A stretch of DNA of 43,412 nucleotides from an uncultured Trueperaceae bacterium (GCA_963815215.1 CAWFFU010000002.1:1-43412); one strand, 5' to 3'; positions 29,074 through 37,718 are shown, numbered from the stretch's first letter. Numbers and translations: made by a program. The notes: generated by a model not told the origin, from the letters alone.

Positions 29074-29715
29074 ATGTCGAGCCGCGACGAACTCCTGCGC
29101 CACCTCAAGATCCGCGGGCCCAGCACCGTCCGCCAGCTCGCCGAGGCCACCGGCCTGTCCGACAACGCGGTGCGCCACCACCTGGCGCGGCTGCGCCAGC
29201 AGGGCTTCGTCGACGAGCACGCCCTGCGCGAGGGGGTGGGCCGGCCGGCGCACCGCTACGCCCTCACCGCTCAGGCCGAAGGCGCCTTCCCCAAGCGCTA
29301 CGTCGACCTGCTGGAGGCCGTGCTCGAGAGCGCCGCCGCGCGGGGCCTGCTCGACACGCTGCTCGACGACGTGGCGGCCGCGCTCGCCGCGCGCGTCAAG
29401 GACGAGCTCGAGCCGCTCCCGCCGCGCGCACGGCTGCTCAAGCTGATGCAGCAGCTCGACTACGGCGAGATGCTGGGGCGCCTCGCCAATACGCCGGGAG
29501 GCTGGGAGTTCGAGGCCTACAACTGCGTCTACCGCGCCACCGGAGAACGCTTCGTCGGCGTCTGCGACCTGCTGCCGAAGGTCGTCGTGGACGCCACCGG
29601 GATGGATGCAGAACGCGTGCGCTGCCAGCGCGACGGCAACCACACCTGCCACTTCGCAGGTAGCTACGGGACGGGCAGCGGGACGGGGCGAAGGACGGCA
29701 GCGACGGCTCGGTAG
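29074..29715 (+). CDS. COG2345 / SufR-like helix-turn-helix regulator with C-terminal Cys cluster
   Basis: HTH LAEATGLSDNAVRHHL, GVGRPAHRYALT, FPKRY; Cys pattern CX12CX19CX7C. Confidence 0.85.
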   Translation: MSSRDELLRHLKIRGPSTVRQLAEATGLSDNAVRHHLARLRQQGFVDEHALREGVGRPAHRYALTAQAEGAFPKRYVDLLEAVLESAAARGLLDTLLDDVAAALAARVKDELEPLPPRARLLKLMQQLDYGEMLGRLANTPGGWEFEAYNCVYRATGERFVGVCDLLPKVVVDATGMDAERVRCQRDGNHTCHFAGSYGTGSGTGRRTAATAR

Positions 29716-29757
29716 GGCGACCGACCCGCACGAGGCACCGAGCCCGCCCGAGCGCCT

Positions 29758-29785
29758 GCATCCGGACGCCCTCCCCGTGCGTAGG
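29758..29785 (+). promoter_or_regulatory. Putative ECF sigma-dependent promoter
   Basis: GCATCCG-N14-GCGTAGG, identical to the motif in front of the ECF gene at 14690. Confidence 0.65.
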
Positions 29786-29804
29786 GGTGGATGGAGGTAC
29801 TCCC

Positions 29805-30632
29805 ATGCACGTAAGGCAGGCGCTCGTCCACAAGCGACAGGCTCGGCACCGGCGCACCCTCGGGAAGTGGGCCCCGGCAGGTCCGCTCGCCACCCGCATG
29901 CTCGCCGCCCTCGCGCTCACCGCCCTCGCACTGGGCGGCGCCGCGTTGGCGCAGGCGGTGAGCCCGACCGTCCAGGTCCGCTACGACGCCAAGCTGGGCT
30001 ACTTCCTGACCGACGCCCAGGGCATGACGCTGTACCTCTATGCCAAGGACACCCCCGGCAAGAGCGCCTGCAACGGCGCCTGCGCTCAGGCCTGGCCGCC
30101 GCTGCTGGCCGACAGCGCCACCGTTGCGCCGCTGAACCTGCCGGGCGCGTTCAGCGTCGTCACCCGCGATGACGGCAGCAAGCAGATCGCCTACCACGGC
30201 CTCCCCCTGTACACCTGGCAGGGCGACAAGAAGCCCGGCGACACCAGCGGCCAGGCCTTCAAGGACGTCTGGTGGGTGGCCAACCTCGAGCCCGCGGTGC
30301 AGACGCTGGCGACCGCCAACGGCACCCTGCTGGTCGGCCCGACCGGCATGACGCTCTACACCTTCGGCAAGGACGGCCCCAACCAGTCCGCGTGCAGCGG
30401 GACCTGCGCCGCCAACTGGCCGCCGCTGGTCGGCGGCTACGACGTCGCCCACGGCAACGCGCCCACAGCCGGCAACGGCGTCAAGGGAACGCTCGGCGTC
30501 ATCGCGCGCCCGGACGGTTCCAGCCAGCTGACGCTGGACGGCAAGCCGCTGTACTACTTCCGCGGCGACCGCTCCCCCGGCCAGGCGACCGGCGACGGCC
30601 TTCTCGGCGAGTGGGCGAAGGTCACGCAATGA
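29805..30632 (+). CDS. Secreted COG4315-type (Lipoprotein_15 repeat) protein with two tandem domains
   Basis: Two copies of GMTLY....D....SAC.G.CA..WPPL and G.PLY...GD..PG...G. Signal peptide ends ALA|Q with no lipobox Cys. GGAGGT RBS. Confidence 0.88.
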   Translation: MHVRQALVHKRQARHRRTLGKWAPAGPLATRMLAALALTALALGGAALAQAVSPTVQVRYDAKLGYFLTDAQGMTLYLYAKDTPGKSACNGACAQAWPPLLADSATVAPLNLPGAFSVVTRDDGSKQIAYHGLPLYTWQGDKKPGDTSGQAFKDVWWVANLEPAVQTLATANGTLLVGPTGMTLYTFGKDGPNQSACSGTCAANWPPLVGGYDVAHGNAPTAGNGVKGTLGVIARPDGSSQLTLDGKPLYYFRGDRSPGQATGDGLLGEWAKVTQ

Positions 30633-30715
30633 CCGCCAGCGCCTCCCGGACGCAGGCGCGGGCGCACCCCTAGACCCATCCTCCGGAGGCCCTGGGCAGG
30701 CCTCCATCAACTCGG

Positions 30716-30759
30716 CGAGGACCGCATCCACCCCCGGGCATGCGGTCCTCGGTTCTTCC
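30716..30759 (+). terminator. Hairpin between convergent genes, probable terminator
   Basis: 12-bp inverted repeat CGAGGACCGCAT...ATGCGGTCCTCG followed by GTTCTTCC. A second hairpin lies at 30685-30705. Confidence 0.55.
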
Positions 30760-30816
30760 TGGCCCGAGCCAGGCGGGCCGTCCGGTCGGGCCGTCCGGTC
30801 GGGCCGTCCGCTGCGC

Positions 30817-32139
30817 TCAGGCCGACGCTTCGCGTCCGCGGAACATCAGCGGCACCGCCGGGATGCCCAGCAGGGCTACCAGCGCGGCGACCAGGAAGGC
30901 GCGCTCGAGCCCGGCGCCGTCGGCGAGCAGGCCGATGGTGTAGATGCCGGCGGCGCGCACCAGGAAGTTCATCGCCAGGAAGGTGCCGTTGGCGAGCGCC
31001 CGGTTCTCCGGGAAGGCGTCCTGGACCGTGGCCAGCAGGACCGGCGTCCCGCTCACCGCCGACAGGCCGAGCAGGATCAGCAGCGGGAACGCCAGCGCCG
31101 TCGGCGCGTAGAGGAACGCGATCATCACCAGCGGCGCGGAGATGGCCAGGGTGAGCAGCACGCTCCCGCGACCCAGGCGGTCGGACACGGTGCCGGCCGA
31201 CAGCGCGCCGACCACGCCCGCAGCCTCCAGGATGGTGAGCGAGGCCCCGGCGAGCCACAGACCGGTACCCATCACGTCCTTCATGAACAGCGGCAGGTAG
31301 ATGGTGGCCGCCACCAGTAGCATCACGCGGGTCGCGATCAGCAACCCGATCGCCGGGAACACCCGCCGCGCCGTGGACCACGGCAGGAAGCCCGATCGAC
31401 CGCCGGCGCCCTGCGCCGAGACATTGCGCAGCCGGAAGTAGAGGATCACGCTGACTGCCCAGCCGATGAAGGCGAGCCGCCACAGCCCTTCCAGGCCGAA
31501 CCAGCCGACCGCCGCCACCGCCAACAGCGGGCCCAGCGAGCGCCCGAGCTCACCGCCGGCCATGAAGATGCTCATGCCGGCACCGACCCGACGCCCGGAC
31601 ACGTGCGCCACCATCGCCGGGGCGGGCGAGTGGAACGACGCCACGCTGACGCCCGCGGCCAGCAGCAAGAACACGATGGAGAGGTAGTTCGGCGCGCGTC
31701 CCAGCAGGGTGATGAACGTCGCCGTCACGGCCGGCGCCAGGATCACGAAGTAGCGCAGGCTGACCTTGTCGGCCATGTAGCCGATGACCGGGTTGAGCAG
31801 GCTGGGGAGCTGCAGGAAGACGGCCAGGCCGCCGGTCATGGTGTAGTCGGTGTTGAGCTTCTGCTGCAGGACCGGGAGCAGCGGCGCCACGAAGGCCGTG
31901 AAGCTGTCGTGCGCGAAGTGCCCGCCGGCGATGGTGGCGACGTCGGCCGTGTGGAAGCGCTCGTCGAAGGGCGCAGCGACCCCGGCCTCGCCGGACCGTG
32001 ACGCGGCGCCGGCCGCTCCGGCGACAGCACCGGGCGCAGCACCGGGCGCAGCACCGGGCGCAGCCTCGGCCGCGGCGTCGGACGCCGCCGGCCCGGCTAC
32101 GCCGCCGACGGGTGCCTGGTGGACGTCGTCTCGATCCAT
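30817..32139 (-). CDS. MFS transporter (Fsr, fosmidomycin-resistance-like)
   Basis: HFAHDSF...VAPLLP, GYMADK, SFHSPA, GMSIFMAGGELG, GTVSDRLGR. TATGCT lies 7 nt before ATG32139. Confidence 0.88.
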   Translation of the reverse strand: MDRDDVHQAPVGGVAGPAASDAAAEAAPGAAPGAAPGAVAGAAGAASRSGEAGVAAPFDERFHTADVATIAGGHFAHDSFTAFVAPLLPVLQQKLNTDYTMTGGLAVFLQLPSLLNPVIGYMADKVSLRYFVILAPAVTATFITLLGRAPNYLSIVFLLLAAGVSVASFHSPAPAMVAHVSGRRVGAGMSIFMAGGELGRSLGPLLAVAAVGWFGLEGLWRLAFIGWAVSVILYFRLRNVSAQGAGGRSGFLPWSTARRVFPAIGLLIATRVMLLVAATIYLPLFMKDVMGTGLWLAGASLTILEAAGVVGALSAGTVSDRLGRGSVLLTLAISAPLVMIAFLYAPTALAFPLLILLGLSAVSGTPVLLATVQDAFPENRALANGTFLAMNFLVRAAGIYTIGLLADGAGLERAFLVAALVALLGIPAVPLMFRGREASA

Positions 32140-32319
32140 GCGGACCAGCATAGCCCGCGTTCCCCGCGCGGCGAGACATCCGGGCGGCGCGTACCGCGGC
32201 ACTCGACGGCACGCGGGACGCAGCGCCGGGTGCAGCGCCGGGCGAGAGCCGGGTGCGGAGCCGGGCGCAGAGCCGGGCGCAGAGCCCGGTACAGGTCCTC
32301 GTGCGGGGCCGGGCAGCGC

Positions 32320-33339
32320 TCAGCGGCTGACCAGCAGCAGGAAGCGGTCCATCCAGCGGTCGGGCAGGAAGCGCGTCAGCACGCCCACCACGTGCGCGTC
32401 CAGCCCCACCCGATAACGCGTGCGCGCGCGCGGCGCGGTGAGCGCGTGCAGCACCGCACGCGCCACGCCGTCGGGCGCGATGCCGCCCGCATCGACGTCG
32501 GTCACGCCGCGGGAGATGGAGCGGATGGCGGCCTCGTAGAGCTCCCCCGCCGCTTCGGGCATGCGCGAAAGGCGCGCCTCGCCGGCGCCCTTCGTCTTGC
32601 CCCAGATGGGGGTGCGCACGCGGCCGGGCTCCACGATCGAGACCTGCAGGCCCCAGGGACTGAGCTCGAGCCGGTAGACGTCGCCGAGCGCCTCGATGGC
32701 GAACTTGGACGCCGCGTAGGCGCCCAGCAGCCGCGACGACACCAGCCCGGAGATGGATCCGACGAACACCACGCGACCGTGGCTTCCTCGGACCGGCGAG
32801 CGGCCGGCGCCCAGCGACCCGTCGATGCCGGCCGGAGCGGTCGATGCCCGCACCCCGAAGGCGCGGCGCTGCCCTTCCGCCGCCAGCTGGACCTCACGCG
32901 CCCGCCGCAGCATCGGCAGCATCGCCTGCGTCACCGCGACCTGGCCGAGCACGTTGACCTCGAGCTGAAGCCGCAGGTCCTCGAGCGGCAGGAACTCCAT
33001 GGGCCCCGCCACGACCATGCCGGCGTTGTTCACCACGCCGTGCAGGCCGCGCGCGCCGGTGCGCTCGTCGACGACGGCGGCCGCCCGCGCGATGCCCTCG
33101 GCGTCGGTGATGTCGAACAGCAGCGGCGTGATGCTACCGGTGGCGTCGTCCGGGGCTGCGTCCCGGCGCGCCTCCCGGCCTTCCTGCTCCAAGCACGCGG
33201 CGGACTCCTCGCGCCGCACGCCCGCGAAGACCTCGAAGCCGCGGCGAGCGAGCAGACCGGCGACCGCGCGACCGATCCCGGTCGACGCGCCGGTCACCAG
33301 AACGGCTGGCGGCGTGTCCCCCTCCGAAGCGACATGCAC
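32320..33339 (-). CDS. Short-chain dehydrogenase/reductase
   Basis: TGASTGIG, VNNAG, YAASK, VEPG. TAAGAT lies 6 nt before the GTG start. Confidence 0.93.
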   Translation of the reverse strand: MHVASEGDTPPAVLVTGASTGIGRAVAGLLARRGFEVFAGVRREESAACLEQEGREARRDAAPDDATGSITPLLFDITDAEGIARAAAVVDERTGARGLHGVVNNAGMVVAGPMEFLPLEDLRLQLEVNVLGQVAVTQAMLPMLRRAREVQLAAEGQRRAFGVRASTAPAGIDGSLGAGRSPVRGSHGRVVFVGSISGLVSSRLLGAYAASKFAIEALGDVYRLELSPWGLQVSIVEPGRVRTPIWGKTKGAGEARLSRMPEAAGELYEAAIRSISRGVTDVDAGGIAPDGVARAVLHALTAPRARTRYRVGLDAHVVGVLTRFLPDRWMDRFLLLVSR

Positions 33340-33408
33340 GCAGCCATCTTAACGGTGTCGGGTCGGCGACGTTCTCCGGGCCCGCGATCGCGCGGGGGAT
33401 CTCCTCCC

Positions 33409-33442
33409 AAAACGCAACCCGCGGGGAGGATTCCCCGCGGGT
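33409..33442 (-). terminator. Intrinsic terminator
   Basis: Perfect 11-bp stem ACCCGCGGGGA-ATCC-TCCCCGCGGGT followed by TGCGTTTT on the minus strand. Confidence 0.8.
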
Positions 33443-33636
33443 CACCGGCCGAAGGCCGTGAAGGAGAGAGTTGTGCTTCCGGAGCCCCAACGCCGGGACG
33501 GTCCCGGCTACAGCACGTTCACCCTAACTCGTTTGCCTCATTTGAGGCCCGGAAGCACGTGCACCGGCGTCTCGGCGCCATTTCAGTCCTTGTCGGTCTC
33601 GTGGAGCGGCCTACTCAGCGCCTGCCCACCGGTGCA
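33409..33636 (-). ncRNA. Putative ~230-nt structured non-coding RNA of unrecognised family
   Basis: TAGCAT -10 box at 33647-33642. Two adjacent closed domains (33636-33560 and 33558-33473) whose wobble pairs are G-U only on the minus strand. Then a CU-rich linker, a small hairpin and the terminator. No credible long ORF. Confidence 0.7.
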
Positions 33637-33732
33637 ACGTAATGCTAGGCGGCCGCATTGTCCGGTGACAGGGACACATGTCCTGCTGCACCCGGGACGG
33701 CCGGCACCGGGCCGGCTTGCGCTCGGTCCGGA

Positions 33733-33802
33733 GCGCTCAGCTCGGTGCGCTCAGCTCGCGGCGCTCAGCTCGGGGCGCTCAGCTCGGGGCGCTCAGCTCG
33801 CG
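33733..33802. repeat. 14-nt tandem repeat x5 covering the thioesterase stop codon
   Basis: GCGCTCAGCTCGnn at 33733, 33747, 33761, 33775 and 33789. Confidence 0.93.
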
Positions 33803-34233
33803 GGCGCCGACCCCGCCAACAGCGTGGACCGTACGGCGTCCGGCACCGGCACGGGCCGTTGCGCGTCGTAGTCGAACCAGACCACCACCGATTCGATGGT
33901 GGCCGCCCGTACCCCGTCGGCCCGCACCTCCTGGTGCAGGGCGATGCTGCTGCGCCCGATGCGCGCCACCTCGGTGGCGAGCACCACCCGGCTGCCCAGA
34001 CGCACCTGGGCGTGGAAGTCGATGGCGATGCGCGCCAGGATGGGGCCGCCGCCGTCCCAGCTCACACGCCGCATCAGGGCGATGCGGCCGAGCTCGGCGT
34101 AGCTGGAGTACGCCGCGTTGTTGACGTGCCCAAGCGCATCGGTATCGCCGAAGCGCACCTGGATCTCGAGTTCGTGTGGGCCCGGCGCGGCGACGTCGGG
34201 GGTGTGGCTGGCGGCGGGATCCTCCGGGGTCAT
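33793..34233 (-). CDS. Acyl-CoA thioesterase (4HBT/YbgC hot-dog family)
   Basis: VRFGDTDALGHVNNAAY, RIGRSS. GGGAGGAG RBS. Confidence 0.93.
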   Translation of the reverse strand: MTPEDPAASHTPDVAAPGPHELEIQVRFGDTDALGHVNNAAYSSYAELGRIALMRRVSWDGGGPILARIAIDFHAQVRLGSRVVLATEVARIGRSSIALHQEVRADGVRAATIESVVVWFDYDAQRPVPVPDAVRSTLLAGSAPAS

Positions 34234-34416
34234 CAGGCAGGCTCCTCCCGAAATGGGGTGGCCTCGGCGGACGGCGCCGCGGCGGACGTCAGCCTACCGC
34301 GCGCCGCGCCGGTACACGGCGCGCGCGGGGCGCCGTCCGTGTGGTGGCGGGCGCGGCACTCTGAGCGCTATCGTGGACGCACAGTACGCACCCATTTGCC
34401 CGCGATGGAGGGCAAC

Positions 34417-36823
34417 ATGCGGTTTCTGCGTGGTCTGCTCGTGCTCGTGTTGGTGGCCGCATCGGCCACGGCCTGCGCACCCGGTGTGGACGTGGGTTCC
34501 GTGCGTCTGCCCAGCGACGTTCCCGGCACCCTGTCCGATGCCGACGCCGTCCTGCTCGACCCGGTCGGCGCTCTCGTGGGGCGCGACCCGCCCCTGAGCA
34601 CCGACATCTACGACGCCACCTTCGACGCGCCCGAGCTCGACGGCTACACGCCCACCACGCCGGTGCCCTTGGAGGCGATGCCCCGCGCCTTCGACGGCAG
34701 CTACTACCTGGCGCCCGGCGACTACGAGATCACGGCCTGGGGGTTCTGCGCTCACGCCGGCACCTACGAGCCCGCCGTGGGGGGGCCGGGATACGTCTAT
34801 GCGCCGCTGAAGGGCTCGCTCGCGGATGTCATGACGCGCCTGCTCGAGGCCTCCTACCGCCACCCGGAGGTGTCGCAACGGTCCATCCAGGTCCTGTTGT
34901 GGGCCATCCTCGCGCGCACGCCGCTCCCCGACATGCCGCCCGAGTTGCAGGACACCTCGCGGCGCCTGCTCGACGCCGACGACCTCGCGCGCCTGCGTGC
35001 GAACACCCCCAACGACGTCGGTCGAACCCTGTTCGAGCGCGCCCTGCAGCAACTACCTCCCGAGCTCCGCGAGGTGGCCCGCGCCGAGGACCGCATCCGC
35101 ACGCTGCTCCGCGGCGACAGCGTCGCCTACGCGGCGCTCGAGCGAGCCGCCGTCCTCACGGGCAACCCACCTCCGGGCCTGACCGTGCGCGCCATCCCCC
35201 AGGGCCGGTGGTCACACCACCCCGACGGCTACGACATCCGATACGCGCCCTCCGGGTACTCGGTGGTGCGCATCCAGATCCACGTGCCCGGGGCCGTCGG
35301 CGCCCGGCCCGACCCGGGCGTGATCAGCGCCCAGGGCTCGAGCGGCTCCCAGGGCGGTGACGGCATGGTCAACGCCGACGTGAGCGACGGCGCGGCGCTG
35401 TCCGGCAACACCTCCCGGCAGCGGCTCCTGAGCAACGGCACGAGCGCCGACGACAACGTCCTCGAACGGGCCAAGGACGCGGTCGGGTGGATGAAGCTCT
35501 TCGCCAACCTGCTGCCGTTCTTCGGTGGCCAGAGCCTCGAGCAGGGGGCGGTCCAGGGCTTCTCGGAACTCACCGCGGGAGCCTCGATGCTCTCCCCCGC
35601 AGCGATGGCGGGGTACCTGCTGGACTTCATCTTCAGCGCCGGCGCCGACATCATCAACGCCACCGCCGGCTACGAGGGGGGCGGGACAGGGGGCGGGGCA
35701 GGGTCCGACAACCGGGGCCCGCCATCGACGGGTGGCTCCTCCTCGGCGGGCTCCAGCGGCTCCCCGACGTGGAACGCGCACCCAGGATCGTCCGGCGGGT
35801 CCGGTGCGGGCGACAGCGGGACGGCCGGCGGAACGAGCAGCGGTACGAGCAGCGGCACGAGCAGCGGCACGAGCGGCTACCAGGACGGTAGCAGCGGCGG
35901 CACGCGGCGCCAGCGGCGGCACCAGCGGCGCCGGCGACACCAGCACCGGCACCGGCACCGGCACCGCCGGCGATACGACCGGGGACACCGGCACCAGCGG
36001 CGACACCAGTGGCGAAACGACCGGCGAAACGACCGGCGACACGACCGGCGACACGAGCAGCGGCGCGTCCGATGCCGGCGGCACCGGGACGAGCGAGGCC
36101 GGGGCGAGCGAGACCGGGACGAGCGAGACCGGGGCGAGCGAGACCGGCACCGACGCGAGCGGCACCAGCGCCGGCGGCGGCACCACCGACAGCACCAACG
36201 ACGGCACGACCGACGGCACGACCGACGGCACGACCACCGCCCCGGGCGGCGCCAGTAGCGGCGCCGGCACGAGCGGCTCCAGCGGCGCGCTGACCTTCCC
36301 CGAGGGCCTCCCCGACGACCTGCGGCGGGCGGTCGAGTACCTCGTGACCACGGCCGGCGAGCTGTTGCGCGACCTGCAGCTCTACCAGGACTCCGCCGTG
36401 CGGCTCGACAGCGTCAGTCACGGTGACGCCGACGCGGGGTACGCGCTGGCCGCGCAGACGCTCGAACGCAAACGCAGCGCCGGAATCTCCATGTTGCGCA
36501 CCTCGGCTGCGCTCGACCACCTCGGAGCCGTGCTCGATGCGCATCACCTGGGCAGTATCCCGCTCGGGGCGGACGCGGTGCGGGCCTTCCAACAACGGCT
36601 GCGGGACGAGGGCGTCCCCGAGGCACTGCGCGCGGAGCTGCGTCGCGCGGGCATGACCGACGCCGACATCGATCGATTGGCCCGGCGCTACCTGGAGCTC
36701 GACGCCGACGAGGTTGCGGCCGGCTTCCGGCGCTCCCTGACCCGCACGGCCGCCGCCCTGCGCTCGCTGGGCACGATCTGGGCCGGCCTGCCCTCGATCC
36801 TGGCCGGCAGCACGGTCCACTGA
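34417..36823 (+). CDS. Putative ~800-aa lipoprotein (TED-like domain, Gly/Ser/Thr/Asp-rich stalk, helical C-domain) interrupted by a frameshift at ~35905
   Basis: GGAGG RBS, signal MRFLRGLLVLVLVAASATA|C. Motifs FCAH, IQVLLW, RQRLLS. The G/S/T-rich tract runs from the frame of ORF 33658..36258 into the frame of ORF 35525..36823 at ACG-C-GGC. Confidence 0.75.
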
Positions 36824-36866
36824 CCGGCGCGCGCGCCAGTCGGGGGCACGCGGTGCGCGGGCCGCC

Positions 36867-37688
36867 CTACCGGCGCCGGCGTTGACAGCGCGCGCAGTAG
36901 ACGGTGCCGCGCTGCCCCACCACGATCCGCCGGAGCGGCGCGCCGCAGCGCGGACAGGGCTCTTCGGCGTGACCGTAGGCGGCGAGTTGCTCGAGGTAGG
37001 CGCCGACCTCGCCGTTGACGGTGCGGTAGTCGTTGAGGGTGGTGCCCTGCGCCTCCAGGCTGGCGGCCAGCACCTCGACGATGGCGTGGTGCAGCCGCGC
37101 CGCCGCGGCCGCCGAGACGCGGCGCGCCGGCGACAGCGGGTGCACGCGGGCACGCCACAGGGCCTCGTCGGCGTAGATGTTGCCGACCCCGGCGACGGGG
37201 CGCTGACTGAGCAGGTAGGTCTTGACGGCGGTGTCCGAACGCAGCAACGCGCGCCGGAAGCCGGTCACGGTGAACGCCGGGGACAGCGGCTCGGGGCCCA
37301 TCCCGGCCAGCGTCGGCAGGCTCCGGTAGTCCCCCGCGGCCACCACAAGGAACCTCCCGAAGCGCCGGGGGTCGCGGAAGTACAGCGTGTCGGGCTCGCC
37401 CCCCGACAGGCGCAACCGCACCCGCAGATGGCCCTCGTTCTCCGGCGCCCGGTGCGACACCACACCGGTCATGCCCAGGTGGAGGATCAGCTCGTCGCCA
37501 CCGGAGAGCGGCATCACCAGGAACTTGCCGCGCCGCGTGACGGCGCGCAGCGTCTGGCCGACGGCACGGGGCAGGTCGCGATACTTGGGGCCCGGCGGCG
37601 CCAACCGTTCGGCAGCCAGGATGGTGCGGCCCTCCAGCCAGGGGGCCAGCTCGCGACGCACGGTCTCCACCTCGGGTAGCTCGGGCAC
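36867..37688 (-). CDS. mutM: Formamidopyrimidine-DNA glycosylase / AP lyase
   Basis: PELPEVET, RRGKFL, HLGMTG, DPRRFG, GVGNIYADE, C-terminal CPRC...CARCQ zinc finger. Confidence 0.97.
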   Translation of the reverse strand: MPELPEVETVRRELAPWLEGRTILAAERLAPPGPKYRDLPRAVGQTLRAVTRRGKFLVMPLSGGDELILHLGMTGVVSHRAPENEGHLRVRLRLSGGEPDTLYFRDPRRFGRFLVVAAGDYRSLPTLAGMGPEPLSPAFTVTGFRRALLRSDTAVKTYLLSQRPVAGVGNIYADEALWRARVHPLSPARRVSAAAAARLHHAIVEVLAASLEAQGTTLNDYRTVNGEVGAYLEQLAAYGHAEEPCPRCGAPLRRIVVGQRGTVYCARCQRRRR

Positions 37689-37718
37689 GGTTGCATTTCG
37701 CTCGCGTGAACGGCGCGC

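Noticed and set aside
30724..30750. Third ECF promoter (GCATCC at 30724, and on the minus strand at 13009-13004)
   Set aside because: No CGTA at the required distance; the 30724 copy is part of a hairpin arm.
33409..33636. Known RNA classes for the structured region (c-di-AMP, T-box, yybP-ykoY, TPP, glycine, SRP, RNase P, tmRNA, hammerhead, pistol, Y RNA)
   Set aside because: Only isolated fragments match (GAGUAG/CGAGACC, UUAGGGUG, CUGA..GAAA). The order, spacing or required helices of each consensus are missing by eye; cmscan is still needed.
33626..33642. DdrO-binding RDRM site at the putative RNA promoter
   Set aside because: Only the right half (AACGTAA) matches; the left half CCACCGG does not.
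33733..33802. CRISPR array
   Set aside because: Units are 14 nt, directly abutting, with no spacers and no cas genes.
33658..34416. N-terminal part of ORF 33658..36258
   Set aside because: It is antisense to the thioesterase and the VNTR. The RBS and signal peptide mark 34417 as the start.
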